A stretch of DNA of 64,000 nt from positions 165,999 to 229,998 of the forward strand of contig JAHFTW010000003.1 in assembly GCA_023269235.1 (NCBI GenBank), given 5' to 3'. The DNA is from Thermoplasmata archaeon. Its GTDB lineage: Archaea > Thermoplasmatota > E2 > JACPAO01 > JAHFTW01. The notes under the pieces were generated by a model that was not told where the DNA came from, did no database searches, and saw nothing but the letters and a program-made list of their open reading frames with translations. Positions 1 to 9,019 of the stretch are shown here, piece after piece; the first letter of the stretch is position 1; each line of letters opens with the position of its first letter. Position numbers and translations under genes: made by a program.

Positions 1-765
1 GCCTCGCTCGTCGGCCAGGACGGCTTGCACGAGGTCGTCCTCGTGGACGCCGCGAGCACGGACGGCACCGTCGCGCAGGCGCGCGCCTTCGAAGGGCGGC
101 TCCCCTTGCGCATCGTCGTGGAGCCGTGCAGTCGCGGCGCCGGCCGCAACCGCGGCGCGGCGCTCGCGACGGGGGACCTTCTCGCGTTCATCGACGCCGA
201 CTGCGAGGCCGCGCCCGGCTGGGTTGCGGCGCTCGCGGCCGCGTGGGGCGGCGACGCGCAACGCGCCGTCGCAGGCCGCACCACGGTGGTGGGGCCGCGC
301 CGCTACGCCCGCCTGCACCGCGTCGAGCTTCCCCACCGCGGACAGGACACGACGTGGCCGAGCTGCAACCTCGCCTACCCAAAGGCCGTCTTCGACGGGC
401 TGGGCGGGTTCGACCCCGCCTTCGTCACCGCGGAGGACATCGACCTCAACTACCGCGCCGTCGAGGCCGGGGTCACCCTCGCGCAGGCCCCGGAGGCATG
501 CGTCACCGCGCAGTCTCGCGCCGCCCTCGGGGGCTTCCTGCGGCAGGCCTACTGGAACGGCTACGGCCGCAAGCAGCTCACCTTGAAGCATGGCGACCTG
601 TGGCACGAGTACAGCCTGCGTCGTCTCCTCAGCCTCGACGCCCTCTCGCCGTGGGCCGTGCTACGCCTCGCCTCGGGCCTGGTCGGCTACCTGGACGCGA
701 AACTCGGCCGCCCCGCGCCAGGCGCGCAACCTTCAACAACGCCCTCGCCTGCCGTCGTGTCGTGA
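1..765 (+). CDS. Family 2 glycosyltransferase (GT2), 5'-truncated at the window edge
   Basis: Translation 'VLVDAASTDGTVAQARAF...AFIDADCEAAPGW' carries the GT-A 'DAASTDGT' and 'DAD' motifs typical of GT2 enzymes. The frame is open from base 1, so the true start lies upstream. Confidence 0.75.
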   Translation, partial: ASLVGQDGLHEVVLVDAASTDGTVAQARAFEGRLPLRIVVEPCSRGAGRNRGAALATGDLLAFIDADCEAAPGWVAALAAAWGGDAQRAVAGRTTVVGPRRYARLHRVELPHRGQDTTWPSCNLAYPKAVFDGLGGFDPAFVTAEDIDLNYRAVEAGVTLAQAPEACVTAQSRAALGGFLRQAYWNGYGRKQLTLKHGDLWHEYSLRRLLSLDALSPWAVLRLASGLVGYLDAKLGRPAPGAQPSTTPSPAVVS

Positions 766-1457
766 AGGTCACCATCGTCATCCCCACCCTCAACGAGGAG
801 GGCGGCATCGGCCCCACGCTCGACGCCGTGGACCGCAAAGCGTTCGCCGACGCAGGTTGGGACCTGGAGTTCCTCGTCGTGGACGGCAACTCCAAGGACC
901 GCACCCGCGCCATCGCGGAGTCCAAGGGCGCCCGAGTCCTCACCGAGCCGCGCCGCGGTTACGGCCGCGCCTACAAGGAGGGCTTCAAGGCCGCGACGGG
1001 CGACATCCTTGTGACCGGCGACGCGGACGGCACCTACCCCTTCGAGCGCGCTCACGAGTATGTCAAACTCCTCCTCGACGAGGGCCTCGACTTCGTCAAC
1101 TGCGACCGCTACGGCAAGCTCGAGGCCGGCGCCATGAGCACGAAGCACCTCTTCGGCAACTGGGTCCTCTCCACGACGGCGCGCCTCCTCTTCGGCATCC
1201 GCGTGCACGACTCGCAGAGCGGCATGTGGGTCATCCGCCGCGCCGCGCTGGCCGGGCTCGACATCGAATCACTTGGCGAGGGCATGGCCTTCAGCCAGGA
1301 GGTCAAGATCGAGTTCTGGAAGAGCAAAGGCCTCAAGGCGAAGGAGGTCCCGGCCAGCCTGCGCCCGCGCATCGGCACGCCCGTGCTGGCGAGTTGGCGC
1401 GACGGCATCGGGAACCTGAAGGCGCTCTACCGCATGCGCCTCGACCGCGCCTGGTGA
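762..1457 (+). CDS. GT2 glycosyltransferase, dolichyl/polyprenyl-phosphate sugar synthase-like
   Basis: 'VKVTIVIPTLNEEGGI...LVVDGNSKDRT...GDADGTYP' fits the DPM1-like GT2 pattern. The in-frame GTG at 762 overlaps the upstream TGA (GTGA). The track's longer 126..1457 ORF is an R/P-rich upstream extension that overlaps gene 1 and is not credible. Confidence 0.75.
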   Translation: MKVTIVIPTLNEEGGIGPTLDAVDRKAFADAGWDLEFLVVDGNSKDRTRAIAESKGARVLTEPRRGYGRAYKEGFKAATGDILVTGDADGTYPFERAHEYVKLLLDEGLDFVNCDRYGKLEAGAMSTKHLFGNWVLSTTARLLFGIRVHDSQSGMWVIRRAALAGLDIESLGEGMAFSQEVKIEFWKSKGLKAKEVPASLRPRIGTPVLASWRDGIGNLKALYRMRLDRAW

Positions 1458-1461
1458 CCGT

Positions 1462-2019
1462 TCAGGCGGGAAGGTCGAGCGGCACCGGCGCCACTTGCTC
1501 CGGGTCCACGGCCAGCTCGGCGGCGAGGGCGTCATGCAGCGCGCGAATCTTGCGCCACGCCTCGGGCAGCCCCTTGGAACGATACTTCTCCTCGACCTGC
1601 CGAAGCGTCATCCGCTTGTCGCCGGAGTAGAGGTTGTCGGCGTGGCAGACGATGCGCTCCTCCAACGAGACGGGCGTGTAGTCCTTCACGGGGAGTCCCA
1701 GTCTCGAGGCCTCCAAGGCGTCAATGCCGCCGCCCGTGTGCCGCTCGACGATGAGGACGACCGCGGGGTCCCACTCCTCCGTCCGCAGCAGTTCCGCGCC
1801 AAGCCCCGCGTGACGGACGTCCTGCGTGACGCTCCGGCCGATGTCGTGCAGGAGGGCCCCGGCGGCCACCCGCTCGCGGTCCACCGCGAGGCCGTTGCGT
1901 TCGGCCGCGTCGGCAAGGGCCACGGCGAGGCAGGCGACGCAGCGGCAGTGGCGCGGCACCCAAGCGGGCGGATTGGCCGCGAGCAGGCGGCGCCAACCGG
2001 CGTGGGCGAGCTCAGCCAT
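1462..2019 (-). CDS. HD-domain phosphohydrolase
   Basis: 'LLHDIGRSVT...HTGGG...VCHADNL' supplies the HD-superfamily His/Asp motifs. The start was taken at 'MAELAHAGW' (ATG 2019, in frame); the longer track ORF extends into an R/S-rich frame artefact. Confidence 0.7.
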   Translation of the reverse strand: MAELAHAGWRRLLAANPPAWVPRHCRCVACLAVALADAAERNGLAVDRERVAAGALLHDIGRSVTQDVRHAGLGAELLRTEEWDPAVVLIVERHTGGGIDALEASRLGLPVKDYTPVSLEERIVCHADNLYSGDKRMTLRQVEEKYRSKGLPEAWRKIRALHDALAAELAVDPEQVAPVPLDLPA

Positions 2020-2545
2020 GGCGCAAGGCGGGCTCGAGCTCGACGCGGCGCGCCTCGAGCGCCTGCCGCACCTCCGCGCCGTCGAGCGGCTCCATCGGCT
2101 TGTGGCAGACGGGGCACTTGAACTGGATGTCGATGGCGTCCTCGAAGAGGATGCGGCGGTGCCGGTCGGGGCACGCGTAGAACTCGTGGTCCTCCTCGAA
2201 CTTGAGCTGCTTCTCGATGTGCAGCAGCTCATCCGCCCAGCGGCGGCGCAGGATGTGGCGGATCTCCTCGAGGTCGAGGTCCCAGTAGAAGGTCTCCCAG
2301 CCCTTGGAGTCGGTGTCCTTCTCGTACTCGGCGGCGTGGGCTTCCATGAGGCGGTAGAGCGCCTTGCGGACCGCGCTCGCCTTGCGCTCCTTGAACGAGT
2401 CGAGGATGTCCACGCCGGAGACGTGCGGGTGGTCGCGCAGGTGGCGCGCGAGCTCAAGGCCCTCCTCGCCGGCCTCCTCAATGATGTAGCCGCGGACCTC
2501 GGGGTCGTCCAGGGAGGGCTTCCAGTCGGGGCCGCGGACGTGCAT
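2012..2545 (-). CDS. tfe: Transcription factor E (TFE, TFIIE-alpha homolog)
   Basis: An N-terminal winged helix ('VRGYIIEEAGEEGLELARHL...SFKERKASAVRKALYRLME') is followed by a 'CP..C..CPVC' zinc ribbon, the archaeal TFE architecture. Confidence 0.85.
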   Translation of the reverse strand: MHVRGPDWKPSLDDPEVRGYIIEEAGEEGLELARHLRDHPHVSGVDILDSFKERKASAVRKALYRLMEAHAAEYEKDTDSKGWETFYWDLDLEEIRHILRRRWADELLHIEKQLKFEEDHEFYACPDRHRRILFEDAIDIQFKCPVCHKPMEPLDGAEVRQALEARRVELEPALRHG

Positions 2546-2589
2546 GCCCTCCCGATGGCGGCGGTGGTTTCAACCCTTCGTGCGCCGGG

Positions 2590-3156
2590 CTATTCCTCGT
2601 CGTCGGGGGACAAGTCGGCTTCCTCGGCCGCGTCAAGGCCTTCGACCCGCTTGCCGCGCGCGGTCGGGATGACGCGCAGGGCGGCCCCCGCGAAGGCGTC
2701 GGCCTCCCAGGCCCCGCCGCGCAGGCGGTCGAGCAGGAGGGCGAGCGCCGCGACCTCGGAGTGCGGCTGCGAGCCGACGGCGACGTTCCAGTCCGCCAGG
2801 TCGTACAACTCGCTCGGGACCTTCTCGGCGCCGACGACGACGAGGGTGTCGCGCCCGCTCGCGCGGATGGCGGGCGTGGCCTCCCCAAGCGGGAGGCCAT
2901 ACATCGTGAGGTGGACCACTTGGCCGCCGGCCTTCTTCCAGGCGTTGATGGGGCCCTTCCACCCCGTGCCGGAGGCGACGGTGAAGCCGCCGCCGAAGCG
3001 GTCGGCGACGGAGCGGACGGTGCGCTCGACCCCGGTGTCCTCCTCCGCGATGGAGGCCGCGGCGGCGCCAAGGGCGCGGGCCGTCAAGCAGACGTGCGTC
3101 GTGATGCGCTTGTCGCGTGCCGGGCGGTGGCCGAGGCGGAGCACCTCGATGCGCAC
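2590..3156 (-). CDS. trm56: tRNA (cytidine56-2'-O)-methyltransferase aTrm56
   Basis: 'MRIEVLRLGHRPARDKRITTHVCLTARALGA' is the hallmark SPOUT N-terminus of aTrm56, and the ~188 aa length matches. Confidence 0.85.
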   Translation of the reverse strand: MRIEVLRLGHRPARDKRITTHVCLTARALGAAAASIAEEDTGVERTVRSVADRFGGGFTVASGTGWKGPINAWKKAGGQVVHLTMYGLPLGEATPAIRASGRDTLVVVGAEKVPSELYDLADWNVAVGSQPHSEVAALALLLDRLRGGAWEADAFAGAALRVIPTARGKRVEGLDAAEEADLSPDDEE

Positions 3157-3157
3157 C

Positions 3158-3826
3158 TCACGGCCTCCGCAGGTCCACCGTGACGGAGAGGCGCTGGCCG
3201 TCCTGGCAGGGGAGGGCGTCGCGCAGGCGGACCGGCGCGATAAGCTCGAGCGTGGTGGTGTAGTGGCTGCGGTGCGGCAGGATGGCGGCAGCCGACTGGC
3301 CCCCCACGCTGGCGGGCAGGCAGGAGACGGCGCCGAACGTGCGCCCCTCGGCGGTGAACGCCTCGATGGTGTGCGTCGCGTTGCGGCGCATCATCTCTAG
3401 CTTCGCGGCCCCCGACTCGCCGACGTCGAGGTTGAGCGTCCCGGGGAACGGCTCCCACCCAAGCTTCGCCTTGAACTGGGCCACGTACCCGGGGCGGGAG
3501 ATGTAGTAGCGCCCCTCGCCGAGGCCGGCCTTGACGGCGCCCACGAGCGTCACCTGCGCGGGGGCGCCGAAGAGACGCTGGTACACGAGATGCTCCGCCT
3601 CGAGGACGCCGCGGCCCTTGGGCGTGATGCGCAGGCGCTGTTTGCGCACGCTCATCTCGCGCCCGACGAGGCCCGCCTCGGCGAGCTCGATGAGGCGGCG
3701 GCTCGCGCTCTGCTGCGACAGTTCCAGGAGGCCGGCGAACTGCGCGCTCGCGAGCTCGACGGGCCCGTCCAACGCCCCGAGCAAGGCCAATTGTTTCAGC
3801 GCCTCCACGTCGAGCGGCCGGGTCAC
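3158..3826 (-). CDS. ribK: CTP-dependent riboflavin kinase with N-terminal HTH domain
   Basis: An N-terminal wHTH ('ASRRLIELAEAGLV') is followed by the archaeal riboflavin kinase core ('GTLNLDV...PHRSHYTTTLEL'). The start overlaps the stop of the upstream gene. Confidence 0.8.
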   Translation of the reverse strand: MTRPLDVEALKQLALLGALDGPVELASAQFAGLLELSQQSASRRLIELAEAGLVGREMSVRKQRLRITPKGRGVLEAEHLVYQRLFGAPAQVTLVGAVKAGLGEGRYYISRPGYVAQFKAKLGWEPFPGTLNLDVGESGAAKLEMMRRNATHTIEAFTAEGRTFGAVSCLPASVGGQSAAAILPHRSHYTTTLELIAPVRLRDALPCQDGQRLSVTVDLRRP

Positions 3827-5775
3827 GGCCGCGCCGACGCGGGAGGGCCCCTTAACCTGCGCGGCGCCGTGCCTGGCGCGGACGGGTCGGCCCGGAACAC
3901 CGCGAGCAACTCGTCGTACAGGGCCTTGTCCGCCCCTTTCGCGGTGGCGGCGAGACGCTGCACGATGAACTCGGGCGTGCTCCGGGCAAGGTGCCCGATG
4001 CGCGGCATGCGGTCCACGACGAGCCGGTTGTGCTCGTCCAGTCCCGACGCCTCGATGCCGTCCACGCGGACGGGGGCCGTCGTGTGGCGAAGGATGTGCG
4101 GCGCCATGTGGGTGACGACGATGGCGAGGCTGTCGGTGCGCGCCAGGCGGTCGAGGAAGAAGCCGAGGATGCGGCCGGCGGCCTCCAGCTCCGTGACCGA
4201 TTCCACTTCGTCGGCGAGGACGAGGCGGCGGACGCGGCCCTGCGCGAGCGGGAGGAAGGTGCGCAGGAACGACTCGAAGGCGCCGGCGTCGAGGCTACGG
4301 CGCGAGGTGAGGAAATGAATCTCTTCGACCCAGGGGACCTGCGCCCCGGCGCCGACCACGGGGAGCCCGAGGCGCGCCATGAGGGTGAGCTGGGCGACAT
4401 GCTCGAGCAGGGTGGTCTTGCCGCCGGAGTTGGCGCCCGTGAGGAGGGCGACGGTCTCGGTGCCTCCGAGATGGTACGCGATGCGCTGGGCGTCGGCGCG
4501 CTCCGCGAGGTCGAGGTGGACCGACGCATCGAAGGCCAGGGTCTCGGACCAGCCGAAGGGGCGAAGGTCGCAGGCGAGCGCGAAGCAGCCGAGCGCGAAC
4601 GGAGCGTCGAAGGCCTGCCACTCGGCGACGTCGGCCTCGACGGCGGGCCGCAACATCGCGAGGCGCTTGGCGAGCTTGGCGAGGGCAAGGTAATGGTCCT
4701 GCGCGGCCCGGGCGGAACCGTCGCGCTCGACGCGTTCCAGCTCCTCCTCGTCGAGGGCCAGCGGAATCGTGGAGGTGAACGGTTGGATGGCGAGGCCGGT
4801 GCGCTCCCGGGCCAAGGTCTTGGATTCGGCGAGCGTCTGGTCGAGCGCGGCCTTGACGCCGGCGGGGAGTTTGCGGCCGAGGCTCTCCAGAAGCTCCTGC
4901 CCCGTGATGGAGAGGGAGGCAACGCGTTCCTGGAGCCGGGCCTGCGACTCCTTCAGGAGCGCCTCGAGGGCCTTGCGCGCAGCGAGCGGGTTCACAGGCG
5001 GCGTCGGGCGTTGGGCAAGCACGGAGAGCGCCTGCGCGCTGGGGGAGGCCTTGCCAAGCGTGTCTGCGAGGCCGGCGCACGACTCGAGGACGGGGCGGTT
5101 CGTCTCGAACCACGCAAGCACCGATTCGGGGGCGGCCTGGTCGAGTAGCGGGCGGGGCCCGATCTCGAGAACGTTGGGCAGGTTGCCGGCCTCGTTCTCG
5201 CCATCGCAGGAGAGGAGGACCAACTCCATGTCGCTGGACTGGTGGAGGTCGCTCCCGCCTCCGACTTGGGCCCAGCGGTTGACGCCGAGCTTGACGAGCC
5301 GGTCCTGGCCCTCGCCGTCGAGGGCGACCACGAGGCGGGTCGGGTCGAAGCGGGCGGTGGGCTCGGCGAGCGGGCGGATGGCGCGCAGCAGGCGGCGGAT
5401 GCGGTCGCGGTCGAGCCCGGCGACCCGTGCCTTCTGCTCAAGGACCCAGGCCACGTGGCGCGTGGCGGCCTCGGGCGTCGGCTGGGGGACGAGGAGCTTG
5501 ATGCGGCTGCGGCCGGACGCCGTCGCGGCGAAGCCTGCGGCCTTCTCCAGGACCGCGTCCAGGATGGCGCGGGCCTGCGGCGTGGCCGCGAACGCGTCGG
5601 CGTCGTCGCCGCGCGCCTTGCGCACGAGCTCCATCGCCTTGCGTTCGCTGAGCCCCTCGACTTTGGCGAGGCTCGCGAGGTCGCCTTGGTCGATGGCGGC
5701 CTGGGCGCGGGCCTCGTCCTTGAAATGGCGCACGAGGGCGTCGCGCAGCTTGGGCGGGGCAAGGAGGGCGCTCAC
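3823..5775 (-). CDS. mutS2: MutS2-family ATPase (archaeal type, no Smr domain seen)
   Basis: The C-terminal ABC ATPase reads 'LLTGANSGGKTTLLEHV...LVLADE...VVTHM' (Walker A, Walker B and signature) in the MutS domain V pattern. The start was taken at GTG 5775, which overlaps the TGA of the upstream gene (GTGA). The track's extra 190 aa N-terminus is an R/P-rich overlap artefact. No Smr domain is visible at the C-terminus. Confidence 0.75.
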   Translation of the reverse strand: MSALLAPPKLRDALVRHFKDEARAQAAIDQGDLASLAKVEGLSERKAMELVRKARGDDADAFAATPQARAILDAVLEKAAGFAATASGRSRIKLLVPQPTPEAATRHVAWVLEQKARVAGLDRDRIRRLLRAIRPLAEPTARFDPTRLVVALDGEGQDRLVKLGVNRWAQVGGGSDLHQSSDMELVLLSCDGENEAGNLPNVLEIGPRPLLDQAAPESVLAWFETNRPVLESCAGLADTLGKASPSAQALSVLAQRPTPPVNPLAARKALEALLKESQARLQERVASLSITGQELLESLGRKLPAGVKAALDQTLAESKTLARERTGLAIQPFTSTIPLALDEEELERVERDGSARAAQDHYLALAKLAKRLAMLRPAVEADVAEWQAFDAPFALGCFALACDLRPFGWSETLAFDASVHLDLAERADAQRIAYHLGGTETVALLTGANSGGKTTLLEHVAQLTLMARLGLPVVGAGAQVPWVEEIHFLTSRRSLDAGAFESFLRTFLPLAQGRVRRLVLADEVESVTELEAAGRILGFFLDRLARTDSLAIVVTHMAPHILRHTTAPVRVDGIEASGLDEHNRLVVDRMPRIGHLARSTPEFIVQRLAATAKGADKALYDELLAVFRADPSAPGTAPRRLRGPPASARP

Positions 5776-6344
5776 GCGGCCACTTCCCAAAGCGAACGAT
5801 TGTCGGGGTCCTGGGCAAGCGTGTCGTTGCCGGGGTCCACGGCGATGCGGCGCTCGGGCTTGAGGGCGTAGCCGTCGTCCAAGTGGTAGACCTGGAAGTA
5901 CTGGCGTTCGAGGACGCGGCCGGTGGCCTTGTGCTTGCGTGACTGGCCGCCGACCCAGCGCCAGATCTCGACGGAGTCGTAGAGCGGGTCCCACGGCACT
6001 TCGTCCATTTCTTTCCGCTTTCGTCCGATGCCGGAATCGGCGGTGACCTGGATCCAGCGGGTGCGCTGGGCGCGTTTCTTGGCGACGAGGTCGATGCAGC
6101 CGAAGACGTCGTTGGACTGGCTGACCCAGAACGGTCCCCGTTTGGCGCCGGTGCGGACGCAGCGGTGCACCTTGTAGCCCTCGGCCTCGAGCAGCTTGAT
6201 GGCCATCAGCTCGACATGGGCCCCCTTCGTGCTGGTGTTGATGCGGCGCTTGCGTTTTGCGGGGCCCGCCGTCGCGGCGGGGGCGTCGGGAGGGGGGACG
6301 ACGACCGTCTTCGGGGGCAGGGGATAGGTCGGGTCGAGCGGCAC
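5772..6344 (-). CDS. PD-(D/E)XK-fold, Hjc-like nuclease-domain protein with a Pro/Lys-rich N-terminal tail
   Basis: 'HVELMAIKLLEAEGYKVHRCVRTG...FGCIDLVAKKR...WIQVT' aligns to the Hjc resolvase core (E...D...E-x-K). The final E-x-K position appears to read Q-V-T. It is translationally coupled to mutS2 through the GTGA overlap. Confidence 0.55.
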   Translation of the reverse strand: MPLDPTYPLPPKTVVVPPPDAPAATAGPAKRKRRINTSTKGAHVELMAIKLLEAEGYKVHRCVRTGAKRGPFWVSQSNDVFGCIDLVAKKRAQRTRWIQVTADSGIGRKRKEMDEVPWDPLYDSVEIWRWVGGQSRKHKATGRVLERQYFQVYHLDDGYALKPERRIAVDPGNDTLAQDPDNRSLWEVAA

Positions 6345-6634
6345 GCTCCGTCATGGGAGGGCCTGCGGAAGGGCTCTTCCAGGGGTTGAGTAAAACTACG
6401 CAGAAACGTCCCTTGATGACGCAATCGGGAAGCCTCTAAATCCTCAGCCCGCCATAGTATGGACGCGTGCCTGACGCACTCCGTCGCGCACTCACGGCCC
6501 GGACGGACCACCCCTCCCGGCCGCCGTTGTCTGGAGCAGGGAGCATGCCTCTGGTGCACAAGCCTCCCTCCCTGCCCCTCCCCGCGCGCAAGCGCCCCTT
6601 GACCCCCTTGGCCCACATCCTGTGAGGCAAACCC

Positions 6635-7414
6635 ATGAACGTCCGAGATGTCATGACCACGGTGCTCGTCACCGTCGGCAAGGACCGCAACCTGAAGGAA
6701 GTCCTGCACCTGATGGAGCAGAACCGCATCACCAAGCTCCCCGTCGTGGACGACTCCGGCAACCTGCTGGGCATCGTCACAGATGGCTGCATCGCCGACA
6801 AGCTCGGCCGGGAGCACAACAAGGGCATCCAGACCTCGACGCTGCATGCGTCGTCCGTCATGGAGAAGGATTTCCTCGTCGCCCATCCTGACGAGCCCCT
6901 CGCGGCGCTCCTCAAGGACGTCGGCAAGCCCGGGCTCACGATGGTCCCGGTCTGCCAGGGCAAGCGCCTGGTGGGCATCCTCACCAAGGCGGACCTGCTC
7001 AAGTTCGTCAAGTCCGACGCCGCGCTCTCCTCCTTCATGAAGAAGGAGCTGCGCTCGGTCTCCGCGGAAGAGCGGCTCATCCATGCGCGGCGCCTGCTCA
7101 TCGACCACGACATCGCGCGCCTTCCCGTGCTGCGCAACGGCAAGCTCGAGGGCATCATCGCCGAGCACGAGATCGCCGGCGCCTTCGCCGACCTGAAGCA
7201 GGCCGACGCCCACGTCCAGCGCGTCAACCTGCGCGACCTGCAAGTGGGCCCCTACATGCGCCGCAAGGTCGTCACGGGACGCCCCGAGATGTCGGCCAAG
7301 GAGGCTGCCGCCGTCATGCTGAAGGAGCACGTCGGCGCGCTCCCCATCGTGGATGGTTCTGGCACCATCCAGGGCATCGTCACGCGCACCGACCTGATTC
7401 GCACCTTCGCCTAG
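6635..7414 (+). CDS. CBS-domain protein (four tandem CBS repeats)
   Basis: Repeated 'VMT..LVTV...ITKLPVVDD.GNLLGIVT' and '...IARLPVL..GKLEGIIAEH' units; no other domain is present. Confidence 0.8.
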   Translation: MNVRDVMTTVLVTVGKDRNLKEVLHLMEQNRITKLPVVDDSGNLLGIVTDGCIADKLGREHNKGIQTSTLHASSVMEKDFLVAHPDEPLAALLKDVGKPGLTMVPVCQGKRLVGILTKADLLKFVKSDAALSSFMKKELRSVSAEERLIHARRLLIDHDIARLPVLRNGKLEGIIAEHEIAGAFADLKQADAHVQRVNLRDLQVGPYMRRKVVTGRPEMSAKEAAAVMLKEHVGALPIVDGSGTIQGIVTRTDLIRTFA

Positions 7415-7507
7415 GGGGGGCAAGGCGAGCCCCGCGAGGGCGTCGGGACCCCTGGTTTCAACGTCCTCGCGGCAAGGCTTATCCCCGGTGATGGGGCTGC
7501 CACGAGC

Positions 7508-8869
7508 GTGGCTTGGTCTCGCGTCGTGCTCCTGTCCGTGGTCGCCCTCTTGACGCTCTCCGCGTCGCCCGTGAACGCGCAAACGCACCATTGCGGCGAC
7601 ATCCAGCTCGTCTTCCGCAACCCCGACCTCCAGCCGGGCGGCGACGGCAAGATCCACGCGCAGGGCCAGTTCTTCGCGCAGTTCCAGGCCATCGGCGCCG
7701 GCGCCGACAAGATCGCCGTCTTCGGCTTCAGCTTCAGTCCGCTCCCCGTGCAGACCGACGAGTCCACGACCTGCGCCGCCCCGGTCTGGGTCTCGGGAGC
7801 CTACATCCCGAACTACCGCGCCGACTTGAACCCGGACGACGGCTTCTTCATCCCGCTCATCACGCCGCTCGTCCCTGACGGCGAGTACAATGCCGCCGTG
7901 CACGCCTACGACGCCAACAACAACGAGCTGGCGCGGTTCTGGACCCTCGCCGTCGTGGACAACTGCGACGACTCCGCCCCCGGCGGCCGTTGCGACGGCG
8001 ACGCGGCGCAGAACCTCAAGCACGACAAGACCGCGCCCTGGCCGATGATCCTCCCCGGCGATGGCAAACCGCTCGAGGGCCACAAGCTCACCATCGAGTT
8101 CGGCGAGGCGCTCGCGAGCTTCAGCGTCCACCTCAACGGCAAGGACGTCACCGCGCAGATGAAGGAGTGGCCCGGCCGCGTCTGGGACGCCGACTTGACC
8201 CCGGACTATGGCCCCAACGGCCTCGGCGGCAAGCTGCCCCAATGCACCGCGCCTGCCCCGGTCCAAAGCTGCATCAAGTACGGCCCCGCCTACGAGTTCA
8301 CGGACCGCGACCTCACCTCCGCCGACACCATCCACGTCGAGGCCGTGGACCTGGCAGGCAACAAGGCCGTCAAGGACATCCACATCGGCTCCAGCGTGGA
8401 CGGTGGCGCCATCACGCAGGGCATCCCCATCCTCGTGGACAGCGTCGAGACGCTTGAGCAGCAGGCCGAGCCCGGCCACAGCGCGGTGTTCAAGTTCACC
8501 ATCACGAACCAGGGCGCGGGCGACGGCCACCCCTTCGCCGACGCCACGGTGCCCGGCGGCTGGACCTTTGAGTGGCAGCCCACGCACGTCGTCGTCGGCC
8601 CCGGGGAGACGAAGAAGCAGGAGCTCGTCGTCAACGTCCCTGCGGGCGCCGCGCACGGACTCTACAAGGTCAACGCGACGCTCAACTACCGCGCCGGCAG
8701 CGAGGACAAGGTCCTGACGCAGCAGCTCACGGTCGGCGTCGGTGCCTCGACGGCCGGCGAGGCCGCGAAGGCGTCTGCCCAAGCCGCGTCAGGAGCGAAG
8801 GCGTCGCCCTTGCCCCTGCCGTTCGTGGCGCTCGCCTTCGCCTTGCTGGCGCGCCGCCGCCGCGCGTAA
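7508..8869 (+). CDS. Secreted cell-surface protein with a C-terminal TM/ARRRRA sorting-signal-like tail
   Basis: A Sec signal peptide ('MAWSRVVLLSVVALLTLSASPVNA|Q') begins at a GTG start. The body is Cys-containing with Ig/adhesin-like composition. The C-terminus reads '...ASPLPLPFVALAFALLARRRRA*', resembling a PGF-CTERM/archaeosortase signal. Confidence 0.75.
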   Translation: MAWSRVVLLSVVALLTLSASPVNAQTHHCGDIQLVFRNPDLQPGGDGKIHAQGQFFAQFQAIGAGADKIAVFGFSFSPLPVQTDESTTCAAPVWVSGAYIPNYRADLNPDDGFFIPLITPLVPDGEYNAAVHAYDANNNELARFWTLAVVDNCDDSAPGGRCDGDAAQNLKHDKTAPWPMILPGDGKPLEGHKLTIEFGEALASFSVHLNGKDVTAQMKEWPGRVWDADLTPDYGPNGLGGKLPQCTAPAPVQSCIKYGPAYEFTDRDLTSADTIHVEAVDLAGNKAVKDIHIGSSVDGGAITQGIPILVDSVETLEQQAEPGHSAVFKFTITNQGAGDGHPFADATVPGGWTFEWQPTHVVVGPGETKKQELVVNVPAGAAHGLYKVNATLNYRAGSEDKVLTQQLTVGVGASTAGEAAKASAQAASGAKASPLPLPFVALAFALLARRRRA

Positions 8870-9019
8870 GCCGGTCCCGGTGCGGGCGCGCGTCAGGCAG
8901 GTTCACTTCCGTTCCATGAGGCACGTCGCGCCCTGAACAGCGTTCAGTCTCGTCCGGGGCTTCGCCAACAGGAGAGGCGGCGCGGCCCGTTCCGCAGCAC
9001 GACGTCCAAACTCGGGTTT

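Noticed and set aside
126-1457. A 443 aa ORF spanning both glycosyltransferases; similar extended N-termini on the track ORFs at 3823-6354, 19310-21100, 17984-19102, 25962-27341, 29826-32441 and 62984-63901.
   Set aside because: The N-terminal extensions are R/P/S-rich and overlap adjacent genes in another frame. The conserved family N-termini begin at internal GTG, ATG or TTG codons, often overlapping the upstream stop.
6206-8782. Long minus-strand ORF of 858 aa. Similar long antisense ORFs occur at 9868-10836, 10590-11864, 21026-22855, 39069-40952, 41580-44489, 55077-56651 and 60551-62062.
   Set aside because: These are the R/A/G/D/E-rich low-complexity translations typical of the antisense frame in about 70% GC coding DNA. 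Each overlaps a well-supported, motif-bearing gene on the opposite strand.
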